From the NCBI RefSeq assembly GCF_044704955.1, contig NC_091984.1, positions 148,242,001-148,306,000 on the forward strand: a stretch of DNA of 64,000 nucleotides, in the 5' to 3' direction. The stretch comes from Pristiophorus japonicus (taxonomy: Eukaryota). Within the stretch, counting starts at the first letter, position 1; each line of letters opens with the position of its first letter. Of this stretch, positions 48,501 to 61,126 are shown in pieces. The translations under genes were made by a program, and so were the position numbers. Below the pieces are notes generated by a model. The model did not search any database. It saw only the letters and a program-made list of their open reading frames with translations, and had not been told where the DNA came from.

Positions 48501-49663
48501 TCTGCCTCTGGAGGCAGTCTGTACTGTCTAATGCTTGGTAACACGGCGTTCTTTATCAATTGTACCCGATGGGGTACTGCAGAATGTACTTGCCCAACAT
48601 GATTCTTATGCTTTGCCCAAAGTTCAGAAGATACTTGATTCAATGTCATTGGCAGCTTTGGGCTTGGTTGTTCCGGGGGTTGCTGTTTTTCAAAAGTGGA
48701 GGCGTGATTTTTACCTTTCCACTGGAGAATCCCCCTGTTGTGGGTGATAAAGTCTATCTGAACATTTTGCAGTTTTATTACTGCCCAAGGTTGATAGCCT
48801 TGTTGCTGTTTTTCTTTTTCTATTCCTACAATCATCGGACCCATATCTTTTGTTTTCGCTGGCGGTTTTGTAGCCAATGTCAGATGGGGTGTCGAGTTCG
48901 CTTCTCTATACCGCTGCTGCTGTAAGGGTGTCAAATCCATGGCTACCCCCAATCCTTCTGGTCCAAAATAAATGTGGGGCGTAGCTTCTACTATTTCTTC
49001 TTTTTTTAAAAAGGATTGTACCAAACACTGGTAAGTTTCAGCTTTTTGTCGAGTGTACCAGGCTGTACAATGAAGCTGAACTGCCTGAATGCTTGTCAAA
49101 ATTATATACATCAATTCTTCAGTATTAGGGTCGATTTTAGCTTTTAAATTTTGTATAACTTCATGTATCAAAGGGGAGTAGAAGTTGCCATTCAATTGCC
49201 AACAATAGAGGGCAGCCTTTTCTTTGTTATCCTCCCTTTTCTCTTCTTTAATCCCATTAAACAACTGATGAATTTTATTTGGAGGGAGCTCCATGTACAT
49301 TCCTTCCTTTGTGCAATAAATTGTGGCTCCTAGTTTGCACAAAGTCTGTCTTCCCAATAAAGGGAGAGGTGTTGTTTTAGAGACTATCAAAGTCTCATCA
49401 TTAACTGGTTGTCCTTCAATTATCAATTTGGTAGGTTCAGATAAAAATTCTTTCATGGGAATACCGGCCACACCCATACTTAAGACGGTGGTGTTGCTTA
49501 CAGGTAATCCCACAGAGGATGGTACAGAAGACATAGTAGCACCGGTATCCACCAGGAATTTCACATAAGTGTCTCCTACTTTTACTACTGCCAAAGGGTT
49601 TTCTTCTATGTCTGCTGATAAGTGGAGGGCTGCCGCCTGTACCACTAAGCCTCCAGGGCATCC
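45508..49663 (-). pseudogene. pol: ERV pro-pol: protease, 2H-like insert, RT, RNase H, integrase (2 frameshifts)
   Basis: FLVDTGA; WRFVQDLR, LPQG, QYADDLL; YTDGS/AQAAEL/YTDSRY; CQIC, LQIDF, SDRGTHF, GMVER, WKGPY; frameshifts near 48240 and 47260. Confidence 0.95.
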
Positions 49664-51307
49664 CTATGCTGATTGGTGCGGGTTGGGGTTAGAGAACGAA
49701 AACTGAGGGGCCAATGAAGGTGGAGGTTTGGGGAAATCCCCTTGTAACCCTCCATCCTGTTTCGGGGGGCATCTGCAATCGCGAGCCCAATGCCCTTTCC
49801 TTCCACAATTTCTACACTCATCTTGGGAGCGGTCTCGTTGGGGCCACTGTCCTCTCCCTCTTCCTCGTCCTCGTCCCCCAAACCCTCCTCTATTATTCTG
49901 TGCCTGTCCTCTTCCCTTTTGCTGATAGTACTGACCTGCTGTTTTAGCCTTATTTTCCTTATAGGTGAATAGTCCCTCCCTATCCATGTTGGCCAAGACT
50001 GTAATTGTTTCCTTCCAGCTTTTTCTTTGCCAGTCCAAAACCTTAATTTTATAGGTTCTCACGTGTTGCGGCAACATATAATTTAACAAGGTTTGCACTG
50101 CCAAAGGTTCATTTTGATCCATTGGTATTGCTGCATGCTCGTCTCAACTATTTTTCCATCTGCCTGCAAAATCTATTATTGATTCTTCTGCTTTCTGCAG
50201 ACAGCGCGTGACTTCCCCTATATCTCCATGCTTTTTAGCTCCCTTTAGTATGGCATCCTTGCCCCTGTGCTGCAACCAATGTTCGCGGGACTCATTTTCT
50301 TCTACCTCATTATCTTCCCGCCAATCTCCGTTTTCGCCGGCGGGTATAGGGAACATATCTTTTACCCCCTGCCAAGAGGACCCATATGCTGCCTGCAGTA
50401 ATAATTTCACATCTCCGGGGAGGGGGTTATAAATGGTACAGGTTTGCTCAAGCCAGTTATGAAAGGCTACTGGCTTCTTAACAGGATTAGGGGTGGCTGA
50501 TATCATATCCCGAGCTTCCAGGGCTTTAGGACAGCCGTGGTTCCAATCATTACACGGGGGGCTTGTGTCGTGGGGGTAGTGGTGGAATCGGCCTGTCTTA
50601 TGGTATTCCTGGTATTCATTCCAGGGTCAGGGTTGGGGTTTTCGCCTTCGGCTCCTCCACTTGCCCCTCCTTCCCCGTTTTCATCCTCTGGTGGGTTCTG
50701 GGGTCGTGGTTGCATTCGTCGCCAAGAGGCCTGATCTAGCTGGGCAGCCACTATTTCTATGATCTCCTGCCAATCATCCGGCTTGGTGGTTGGAAGACGG
50801 GGATATAAGCCGACAGGGGAAGCGGTCATAACTGGGGCTCTCGGGGGGGCTGTAAGAGGGAGGGGGCTTCTCCTTACCCTCCTCCTCTTTCTTTTTATTT
50901 TTAGGGGGCTGGTGCCTTTTTGCCACCTCTGTCCATTTTTTAAAACAATTCTCCATATAATCTTTATCCCAAGTGGGGTCCCCCGCCCCATCTTTGGTGG
51001 TCTGTCTCCATTCCTCAATTAAGGACAATTTAAAACTTCCTCCATATGGCCAATCCCCATCATACCAACCGTACAAATCGCTACTAAACGTTACCGCGTA
51101 TCTGTCGTCTCCTGTTTCTTTAATTACAGTGTCTGCCGGCGAGCCGGGCGGCACAATAGGATCTCCTACCTTCTCTTGTTGCTTTACTACCTTACTGATT
51201 TTTTTCTCAGTCTTAGGATGTACTTTCATTCTTTCAGTTGAGAGGTCGTCTTTCTTTCCTTTTCTAGGAGCTGGGCGCGATCTTTTCTGAAATGAGAGTT
51301 GGGACAA
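49664..51307 (-). pseudogene. gag: ERV gag (2 frameshifts, 1 premature stop)
   Basis: Single CCHC knuckle CRNCGRKGHWARDC, RG-rich NC, MHR-like CLQKAEESIIDFAGR, PPSY and YPRL motifs; ends in a TAG in frame with pro. Confidence 0.9.
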
Positions 51308-51554
51308 TCCTACAAAATATACAATAATTTACAAAGCGCTCAGCTCGGGGTCTCCTTTTGCCTTTTTGTTATTTTAGCTTCTTTGCGGTAGCTACCTTAA
51401 ATTATGCCTCACCCTCCAGGGGATCTCGGCAGCTCGTCCCCCTTTCAGCTAGGACGGCCGAGGCACCTTCCTCCTTTCAGCTAGGAAGGTCCTTAAAATT
51501 CCTCTTTACTCTTTAAAAGTTAAATTTAGTTCTTTTGGATCTCGTTTTTTAGAG

Positions 51555-51573
51555 ATCCTGCCGGACTACGCCA
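51555..51573 (-). other. ERV primer-binding site, tRNA-Ser
   Basis: TGGCGTAGTCCGGCAGGAT = complement of the vertebrate tRNA-Ser 3' end (..AUCCUGCCGACUACGCCA) with one extra C, 5 nt from the LTR. Confidence 0.85.
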
Positions 51574-51578
51574 GAATC

Positions 51579-52039
51579 TGTCGAGGAAATTTCTCAGTTA
51601 ATTAACTCAGGCGGAGGCTTTCAGAGTCGTGCTTCGAGAGAATTTTATTTAAAAAAGCGAAATATCTCGGAGAGCCTGCTTGGACCGTACCAAGGCAGAA
51701 AACTCTCCTGTACAAGCAAAATGTCCCTATCTTTATACAGAAATAGAATACAGAAATAGAAAAGGAATCTTATTCATTAGTTCCGTGAGTACAAAGGTCG
51801 TCTCGGGAGGCACACACTCTATCTGTCCTTGCATAGTTTCTCCCTGTTCACAGTCTGATAAGCAGAATATCAGGAGACTCCCTTTTAATACCGGATAGTC
51901 ATTTAATTACATTTCTAAGTTTTAAGGCTAAAAAGTGTGGGTGTTGTTCTAGTCCTATTATTTCTTCAAATATAGCAAAAACAGAATTTAACCCTTCCCT
52001 TTACCATAAGCCATGGATTCATAGATTCTTTCTTCCACA
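51579..52039 (-). repeat. ERV 5' LTR (461 bp)
   Basis: Direct repeat of 42710-43169; TATAAA and AATAAA on the minus strand. Confidence 0.96.
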
Positions 52040-53435
52040 GGCAGCAAGGATACAAAATTGGCCAAGTGACAGAAAACGGAGAGTAGTGGTGAACAGTTGT
52101 CTTTCGGACTGGAGGAAGGTATACAGTGATTCCCCAGGGGTCGGTACTGGGACCACTTCTTTTCTTGGTGTATATTAATGACTTGGATGTGAGTACACAG
52201 GGCACAATTTTAAAATTTGCAGATGAGACAAAACTTGGAAGTACAGGTTGTACCTCCCTTATCCAGAAATCCCTTATCCGGAACCACCTCTCGTCCAGAA
52301 CCATTCCCAACCACTACGACATGAACAAATTGAAGTCCTTCTTCGCTGCCGACTCCCGCAATCGCTGGCCTGACCCCGTGATCCACCGCCCCCCGCTGCC
52401 CCCAATGGTCTCTCTGCTGCACTCCCAGCCCCAAGCCAGGCAGCCCCGATATCCCCTTGCTCAGTACCTGTACCATCCAATTTAACGTGACCACCCCTCA
52501 TCCAGAAAAATCCCTTATCCAGAACAGGCCCGTTCCCGAGAGTTCCGGATAAGGGAGGTTCAACCTGTACAGTGATCAGTGAGGAGGATAGTGATAGGCT
52601 TCAAAATATAGACAGGCTGGTGGAATGGGCGTAGACTTGGCAGATGAAATTTAACGCAAAAAAGTGCAAAGTGATACATTTTGGCAGAAAGAATGATGAG
52701 AGGAAATATAAACTAAAGATTACAATCCTAAAGTGGGTGCATGAACATAGAGAACTGGGGGTATATGTGCACAAATCGTTGTAGGTGGTAGGGCAGCTTG
52801 AGAAAATGCTTTCAAGAAAGCATACGGGATCCTGGGCTTCATAAGTAGAGGCATAGAGTACAAAAGTGTGGAAATTATGATGAACCTGTATAAAACACTG
52901 GTTTGGCCTCAAATGGAGTATTGTGTCCAAGGATGTGAAAGCCTTAGAGAGGGTGCAGAGGGAATCTACAAGAATGGTTCCAGGGATGAGGGACTTCAGT
53001 TACGTGGATAGACTGGAGAAGCTGGGGTTGTTCTCCTTGGAGCAGAGAAGATTGAGAGGAGATTTGACCAAGGTGTTCAAAATCATGAGGGGTCTGGACA
53101 GAGTAGATAGAGAGAAACTGTTCCCATTGGCGGAAGGGTCGAGAACCAGAGGACACAGATTTAAGGTGATTGGCAGAAGAACCAAAGGCGACATGCGGGA
53201 AAACGTTTTACGCAGCGAGTGGCTCGGATCTGGAATGCTCTGCCTGAAAGGGTGGTGGAGGCAGACTCAATCGTGGCTTTCAAAAGGGAATTGGATAAGT
53301 ACCTGAAGGTAAACAATTTGCAGGGCTACGGGGAAAGGGTGGGAGAGTGGGACTTGCTGAAGTGCTCTTGCAGAGAGCCGGAACGGGCTCGATGGGCCGA
53401 ATGGCCTCCTCCTGTGTTGTAACCATTCTCTGATT
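52040..53435 (+). mobile_element. Decayed CR1 3' half (host of the ERV and MITE)
   Basis: PQGSVLGP, KFADETK, ALERVQR, RTRGH motifs and 3' UTR. Confidence 0.85.
52244..52567. mobile_element. Tc1/mariner (Tigger/pogo-like) MITE, 324 bp
   Basis: 25-bp TIRs CAGGTTGWACCTCCCTTATCCRGAA (23/25 match), TA target duplication, no ORF. Confidence 0.88.
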
Positions 53436-54265
53436 CAGTGAGTTGTGAATGGAACTGAACACTGTGCAGTCATCAGTGAACATCCCCACTTCTGACCTTA
53501 TGTTGGAGGGAAGGTCATTGATGAAACAGCTGAAGATGGTTGGGCCTAGGACACTGCCCTAAGGAACTCCTGCAGCGATGTCCTGGGGCTAAGATGATTG
53601 ACCTCCAACAACCACAACCATCTTCCTTTGTGCTAGGTATGACTCCAGCCAGTGGAGTGTTTTCCCCCTGATTCCCATTGACTTCAGGTTTAATGGGCTC
53701 CTTGATGCTACACTCGGTCAAATGCTGCCTTGATGTCAAGGGCAGTCACTCTCACCTCACCTCTGGAATTCAGCTGTTTTGTCCATGCTTGGACCAAGGC
53801 TGTAGTGAGGTCTGGAGCCGAGTGTTCCTGGCAGAACCCAAACTGAGCATCTGTGAGCAGGTTATTGGTGAGTAAGTGGCATTTGATAGCACTGTTGATG
53901 ACACCTTCCATCACTTTGCTGATGATTGAGAGTCCACTGATGGGACGGGAATTGGCCGGATTGGATTTGTCCTTCTTTTTGTGGACAGGACATACCTGGG
54001 CAGTTTTCCACATTGTCGGATAGATGCCAGTGTTGTCGCTGTACAGGAACAGCTTGGCTCGAGGCGCGGATAATTCTGGAGCACAAATTTTCAGCACGAC
54101 AGCCAGGATGTTGTCGGGCCCCATAGCCTTTGCTTTATCCAGTGTGCTCAGCCACTTCTTGATATCACGTGGAGTGAATCGAATTGGCTGAAGACTGGCT
54201 TCTGAGATGGTGGGGACTCAGGAGGAGGCCAATATGGATCATCCACTCGGCACTTCTCGCTGATT
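53436..54265 (-). mobile_element. Decayed LINE RT fragment (CR1/L2 group)
   Basis: GPDNI..WKTAQVCPVHKK..RPIS..QFGF..LDIKAAFDRV. Confidence 0.8.
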
Positions 54266-54279
54266 GCTAGGAGAGAGAT

Positions 54280-56367
54280 TAAAAAGCAGTACCTCAAAGG
54301 GAGTAATCTCCAGGTTTCTGCCATTGCCACGTGCTACAGAGTACAGAAATAGGAGGAGAGACTATTAATGCGTGGCTGGAGAGATGGTGCAGGTGGGAGG
54401 GCTTTAGATTCCTGAGGCATTGGGACCATTTCTGGGGGAGGTGGGACCTCTACAAACCGGACAGGTTACATGTCAACAGAGCCGGGACCAGTATCCTCAT
54501 GGAGGGGTTTGCTAATGCTGTTGGGGAGGGTTTAAACTAGCTTGGCAGGGGGATGGGAACCGGAGAATAGATTCAGTGGGGAGAGAAGCAAAGCTGGAAT
54601 TGGGCAGCAGAGAAGTAGAAAGTGAATTTGGAAGACAGAGGAAACAAGGGCTGGAAAATAGACTACAAGGCAGTTTGGCAGTGCTAACTGGTATATACTT
54701 CAATGCAAGGAGTATAGGGAATAAGGCAAATGAGCTGATAGCACAGATAGACACTTGGGAGTACGATATTATAGCTATTACTGAGACATGGCTGAAAGAA
54801 AGGCAGGTATGGCAGCTCAACATTCCTGGTTACAGGGTTTTCAGATGGGATAGGGAGGGGGATAAAAAAGGAGGGGGTCGCAGTATTAATTAAAGAAACA
54901 AATACAGCTGTGAGAAGGGGTGATACGTTAGAGGGGTCATCAAACGAGGCCATATGGTTTGAATTGAAGAATATAAAAGGGGCGATCACACTACTGGGAG
55001 TGTACTATCGATCCTCAAACAATCAGAAGGAGATATAAGAACAAATAATTGGGCAAATAGCTGCGAAGTCCAAAAACTATAGAAAAAGTAGCGTGAATGG
55101 TACAGGAATTCCTGAAATGCATTCAGGAGAACTTCTTTAGCCTGTATGTAACAATCCACCAGACAGCAGGTGGTTGAGGGGGTCGTTCAGCCCGACTGCC
55201 TGCCTTTTTTCCTTGGTGATATTCGAGCCAGGGTGTCCCTAGAGATGGAGCACTCGGCATCCACCGGTACGCTCGCGGCCTTCCGCGAGAGGTGGGCGCC
55301 GGAGGGACTGGAGTGTATCATCACCCTCGGCAACCAAATTTTAATTTGATCCTTTTAATGTCAAAATTGTATTTGTTTAATGTGTCAGTTTTAGTGCACC
55401 TTTAAGAAGGGGGCACTTAATTCATCGTTTCACCAAAATAATTGTAACAAGTCCAACAAGGGAGGGGACGGTTCAGACTTTGTTTTGGGGAATGAAGATG
55501 GGCAGGTGGAAGGGGTATCAGTGGGAGAGCATTTTGATGCCAGAGATCATAATTCAGTTAGATTAAGGGTAGTTATGGAAAAGGACAAAGGTGGACCTGG
55601 AACAAAATTTCTCAACTGGGGTAAAGCCAATTTTGCTGAGCTGAATAGGGATTTGGCCAAAGTGGAATGGAAACAGCGACTTGATGGTAAATCAGTGTTA
55701 GAGCAGTGGGAGGCATTCAAGGAGGAGATCCTGAGGGTAAAGAGCAAGTATGTTCCCTTAAAGAAAAAGGTTGAGCTAACAAATCTAGAGCTCCTGGATG
55801 TCAAGGGACATACAGGGATAGATAAAGAAAAAAAGGGAAGGTTTTGACAGAAACAGAGAACTCAATACTGCTTAAACTCTCGAGGTGTATAATGCAGGGG
55901 TACAATTAAAAGTATATATCAATAAAGCAAAGAGAGAGCATGAAAGAATGTTGGCAAGTAAAATCAGGGAAAACCCAAAGATGTTTAAAAATATATTAAG
56001 ATCAATGGGATTACTGGGGAAAGAGTGGGGCCTATTAGAGACCACAAAGGAAATCTGTGGGTGGAGGCAGAAGACGTGGGTATGGTTCTTAATGAATACT
56101 TTGCATCTGTTTTCACAAAAGAGAGGGGCGATGCAGACATTGCAATCAGGGAGGAGGAGTATGAAATATTAGAGGAGATAAATATTGTGAGAGAGGAGGT
56201 ATTAAGGGGCTCAGCAGCTTTGAAAGTAGATAAATCCCCAGGCCTGGATGAAATGGATCCCAGGTTGTTAAGAGAAGCAAAAGAGGAAATAGCAGAGACT
56301 CTGACCATCATTTTCCAACCCTCCCTGGCTCCAGGTGTAGTGCCAGAGGATTGGAGGACTGCGAAAG
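54280..56367 (+). mobile_element. Decayed CR1 (ORF1 end to RT start), with a Tx1-like 3' piece at ~55165-55445
   Basis: GFRFLRHWDHFWGRWDLYKPD, FNARSI, ITETW, DKSPGLD motifs. Confidence 0.8.
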
Positions 56368-59300
56368 TTGATATCTTCCTGCAGGCGTTGGCTTTCTTCT
56401 TCATTATCAACCACACGGCCGATTTTAGTTTCATCTGCAATCGTCTTAATCATACTCCCTACAGTCAAGTCTAAATCATTGATGTATACCCACAAAAAGC
56501 AAAGGGCCCAGCACTGAGCCCTGCAGAACCCAACTGGATACAGCTTCCAGTCACAAAAACAACCATTAACCATTACCCTTTGACTCATTACCCTTAGAGC
56601 TCATTACCTCATCGACCCTCCTTGTTATGTCCTCAAAAAATTCAATCAAGTTATTCAGACATGACCTTCCCTTAACAAATCCATGCTGACTGTCATTGAT
56701 TGATCCGTGTTTTGTTAAATGAAGATTCCTCCTATCCCACCCCCGAGGTTAGGCTGACTGACCTGTAGTGACTCGATCTATCCCTTGCTCCCTTTTTAAA
56801 CAAAGGTACCACGTTTGCAGTCCTCCAGTCCTCCGGTACCTGGGATTGCAATGTCAGCATCGCCCCTCTCGGCCAGCTCGGTCAGTAATGGTGCTACCGA
56901 GACACTCTTGGTGATGGACAGTGAAGTCCCCCACCCAGAGTACATTCTGTGCCCTTGCTACTCTCAGTGCTTCTTCCAAGTGGTGTTCAACATGGAGGAG
57001 TATTGATTCATCAGCTGAGGGAGGGCGGGAGGTGGTAATCAGCAGGAGGTTTCATTGCCCGTGTTTGACCTGATGCCATGAGACTTCATGGGGTCCGGAG
57101 TCAATGTTGAGGACTCCCAGGGCCACTCCCTCCCGACTGTATACCACTGAGCTGCCACCTCGGGTGATGGAGGAGTCTGGGACATTGGCTGAAAGGTCTG
57201 ATTCTGTGAGTAGGACTATGTCAGGCTGGTGTTTGACTAGTCTGTGGGGCAGCTCTCCCACTTTTGGCACAAGTCCCCAGATGTTGGTGAGGAGGATGTT
57301 GCAGGGTCAGCACTGAGCTTGAGTTCACTGTACTAGCCGATCCGAGCTGCTGTTATTCTGCCTGATTGGACAGTTATTATTAGAGACTCAGACCACAGCA
57401 GAAATCCCCTGTGCAAAAAATAACTGAAGAGATTGTCAGATCGGAAGAATGAAACTTCACCCACAGAGGAAGTGAAAGAGGGAGGTTGTCACAGCTGTAC
57501 GTTTGTTAATGACACGGGAGAAAACTGTGAACCGCGCTCACAGCCTCGAATCTTACAGCACAGAAGGAGGCCATTCGGCCCATCGGCCTGTGCCAGCTCT
57601 TTGAAAGAATTACCCAATTAGTCCCACTCCTCCTCACTTTAAGAACATAAGAAATAGGAGTAGGACTGGGCCACACGGCCCCTCGAGCCTGCTCCGCCAT
57701 TTAATACGATCGTGGCTGATCTGATCATGGATTCAGGACCACTTCCCTCCCCGCTCCCCATTATCCCTTATTCTCTTGTTGGTTAAGAAACTGTCGATCT
57801 CTTAATTAAATTTATTCAATGACCCAGCTTCTACAGCTCTCTGAGGCAGTGCATTCCACAGATTTTCAACCCTCAGGGAGAAGAAATTCCTCATCATCTG
57901 TTTTAAATGGGAGGCCCCTTATTCTAAGACTGTGCCCTCTAGTTCTATTCTCCCCCATCAGTGGAAACATCCTCTCTGCATCCACTTTGTCAAGCCCCCT
58001 CATAATCTTATACGTTTCGATAAGATCATCTCTCATTCTTCTGAATTCCAATGAGTAGAGGCCCAACCTACTCAACCTTTCCTCATAAATCAACCACCTC
58101 ATCTCCTGAATCAACCTAATGAACCTTCTCTGACCTGCCTCCAAAGCAAGTATATCCTTTCTTAAATATGGAATCCAAAATTAGTGTGTCCACACCAATA
58201 CCCTGTATAACTGTAGCAAGACTTCCCTGCTTTTGCACTCCGTCCCCTTTGCAATAAAGGCCAAGATTCCATTGGCCTTCCTGATCACTTACTGTATCTG
58301 CATACTAACATTTTGTGTTTCATGCACAAGTACCCGCTGCACCACAGCACTTTGCAATCTTTCTCCATTTAAATAATAACTTGCTCTTTGATTTTTTTCT
58401 GCCAAAGTGCATGACCTCACACTTTCCAAAATGATACTCCATTTGCCAAATTTTTGCCCACTCACTTAGCAAGCCTACGTCCTTTTGCAAGTTTTTTGTG
58501 TCCTCCTCACACATTGCTTTTCCTCCCATCTTTCTATCATCAGAAAACTTGGCTACATTATATTCGGTTACATCATCCAAGTCGTTAATATATATTGTAA
58601 ATAGTTGGGGTCCCAGCACTGATCCCTGCGGCACCCCACTAGTTACTGATTCCCAACCCGAGAATGACCATTTTTGCAGACTCTCTGTTTTCTGTTAGTT
58701 AGCCAATCGTCTATCCATGCTAACATATTACCCCCAACCCTGTGAATTTTTACCTTGTGCAGTAACCTCTTATGTGGCATCTTGTCAAATGCCTTCTGGT
58801 GGTCCAAATACACCACATCCACTGGTTCCCCTTGATCCACCCTGCTCGTTACATCCTCAAATAATTCTGCAAATTTATCAAACATGACTTTCCTTTCATA
58901 AATCCATGCTTACTCTGCCTGACTGAATTATGCTTTTCCAAATGTCCTGCTACTGCTTCTTTAATAATGGACTCCAACATTTTCCCAATCACAGATGTAA
59001 GGTTAACTGGTCTATAGATTCCTGCTTTTTGTCTGCTTCCTTTTGTAAATAGGGGCATTACATTTGCAGTTTTACAATCTGCTGGGACCTCCCAAGAATA
59101 CAGGGAATTTTGGTAAATTACAACCATCAGATCCAGGGGATTTATCCGTCTTTATTCCCATTATCTTACTGAGTACCACCTCCTTACTGATTGTGACTAT
59201 GTTAAGTTCCTCGACCCGTAACCCAGCAAATTGTTCCTTTTCAAGTATATATCCAATTCCCTCTTGCAGACCTGGGCCCACAGCACTAGACTGCCCCTAA

Positions 59301-59510
59301 CCTGGGCACAACATTGGCATCTCATTCATTCACTGGGACAGGAAATGCCTGGTGTGGGAAATGGAGCCCAGGGCTCTGAACATTCCCTCTCCTCTCCTGA
59401 GGAAGGCTTGGGATCCAGTTCCATGGGTCCCGACAGCACGTTCCGACCTTACCCACTTCCCCATTCAACATATGTAAGCCTGGACCCTCTCAGCACTGTC
59501 CTCACCCGAG
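56368..59510 (-). repeat. Inner part of the right arm of the inverted duplication
   Basis: Reverse complement of 17490-19148, split by an arm-specific CR1 insertion. Confidence 0.9.
57641..59212 (-). mobile_element. 5'-truncated CR1 inserted only in the right arm
   Basis: aagaacataagaa tail at 57641; the empty site is contiguous in the left arm (17750-17820). Confidence 0.85.
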
Positions 59511-59999
59511 ATGTCTGAAGGCTCTGCCATCAATGGTGGGATGAAGGAAGGAGCGATGGGCAGGAAGCCAGAGTGAGGAGACCAAAGGGTCCGGGGGCGG
59601 GGAGTGGGGTGTAGCTCAGCGGGACGCAGAGGTACGGTGGAGCGAGGCCATGGAGGGAATCGGAGACAAGGCTTTCAAACTTGTTGCGTTGGGGGATGAG
59701 GGAGGCAGCGTAGGTCAGTGAGGTCATGGGTAGAAGGTCAGTGAGGTCAGGGGCAGTAGGTCAAGGGTCAGGGGTATTCGGTCTGGGGTAGTAGGTCAGT
59801 GGCAGTAGGTCAGTGAGGTCAGTAGCAGTAGGTCAGTGAGGTTAGGGGTAGTATGTCAGTGAGCTCAGGGTTGTCGGTCAGTGAGGTCAGGGGTAGTAGG
59901 TCAGTGAGGTTAGGAGTAGTCGGTCATTGAGGTCAGGGGCAGTAGGTCAGTGAGGTCGGGGTAGTAGCTCAAAAGTCAGGGGTAGTAGGTCAGTGAGGT

Positions 60000-60815
60000 G
60001 GTAAGATTTACACATTTCATGATCGAAGCTCAGCAAGAGGCCACGGACTGAAATGGTTTAAAAGAAACCTTTAGGACTGTTGGGCGGGAGAAAGAGCACC
60101 AGCCTGGGGCAGGTGGTGACTGATCACTGATTAATGCGTTTTCTGGGGTCAGGAGTGAGACCCGATTAACATCGAGACAAAGGGTTTGATACAATCAAGC
60201 AGAGGAGCCCGTGGATTAATTGGCCGGAAGGGAAAACCAGTTCCCTCTGGAGACTCCAAGTCTGCGAAAACCCAGGACAACAAAGGATCCCACAAGGTGT
60301 GCACTTTTGGATAACGGGGCACAAAAGATAAGGAGTTATCTTTTGCCCTGTCAATTCTGTGTGTGAATTGTGGCCATCCGAACATATCCAGACCCATCAT
60401 CACAGCCATCGAGACTCATCCAGATACATTATCTGAAAGGCAGCCCAGCAGGAGATGTGTATAATCGAATGGATATATCTGTAAGAGCTGAGAATAAGAA
60501 CTCAGAGAGAGGAACAAGAGGTCGAACAAACACTTCAGACCAGCAGGTCAATGAACAACGGCCACGAAGCAGCAGCGAGGATCCAACACCTTCCCTCGCT
60601 CCACGAGCCGACAATCGACAACAGCAGCAACTGGCTGGATGGGCGACTGTATGTCTTCGGTCAATCTCTAAGAAGTCTTGTTGCATAATGTTTAGTTGTT
60701 TTTTGTGTAATAAGCTAACAGTTGGGGTTAAGCCTAAACTTTGCGTTACATGGAGTCCTTCCTGTAATTCCCGAGGTCTATGAGTCAGAGTAGAGTGGGA
60801 AACCAACACCCTACA
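60000..60815 (+). mobile_element. Probable solo LTR (816 bp) inserted in the 21-bp tandem array
   Basis: gGTAAG..cCTACA ends, imperfect 4-bp TSD aggt/agat; the tandem array resumes on both sides. Confidence 0.6.
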
Positions 60816-61126
60816 AGATCAGGGGTAGTAGGTCAATGAGGTCAGGATAGTAGGTCAGTGAGGTCAGGTGTAGTAGGTCAGTGAGGTCAGGGGTCATATT
60901 GGAACAGCACTTGGTGTGAGACAAGGTATGGACACTGCATTTTGGAAAGTTGTGGTTTATGGAGAGCGGATGAAGGAAGCCAGGAGGGGACATCGGAATA
61001 ATCGAGTTTGGCGATGAGACAAACAGGGTTAAGGGATTTTTCCATCAAGGGGCTGATGTAGGGCGGTGATGGGCAATGTTGGAGGCCGATGTAATAGAGA
61101 GGGTGTGGGGTTCGAAGTTCAATCTT

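Larger units (their letters stand above)
42710..52039 (-). mobile_element. Full-length endogenous retrovirus (9330 bp, defective)
   Basis: Paired LTRs with TG..CA ends, 5-bp TSD GGCAG (42705-42709 / 52040-52044) inside a CR1 fragment, PBS, PPT, gag-pro-pol-env order. Confidence 0.97.
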
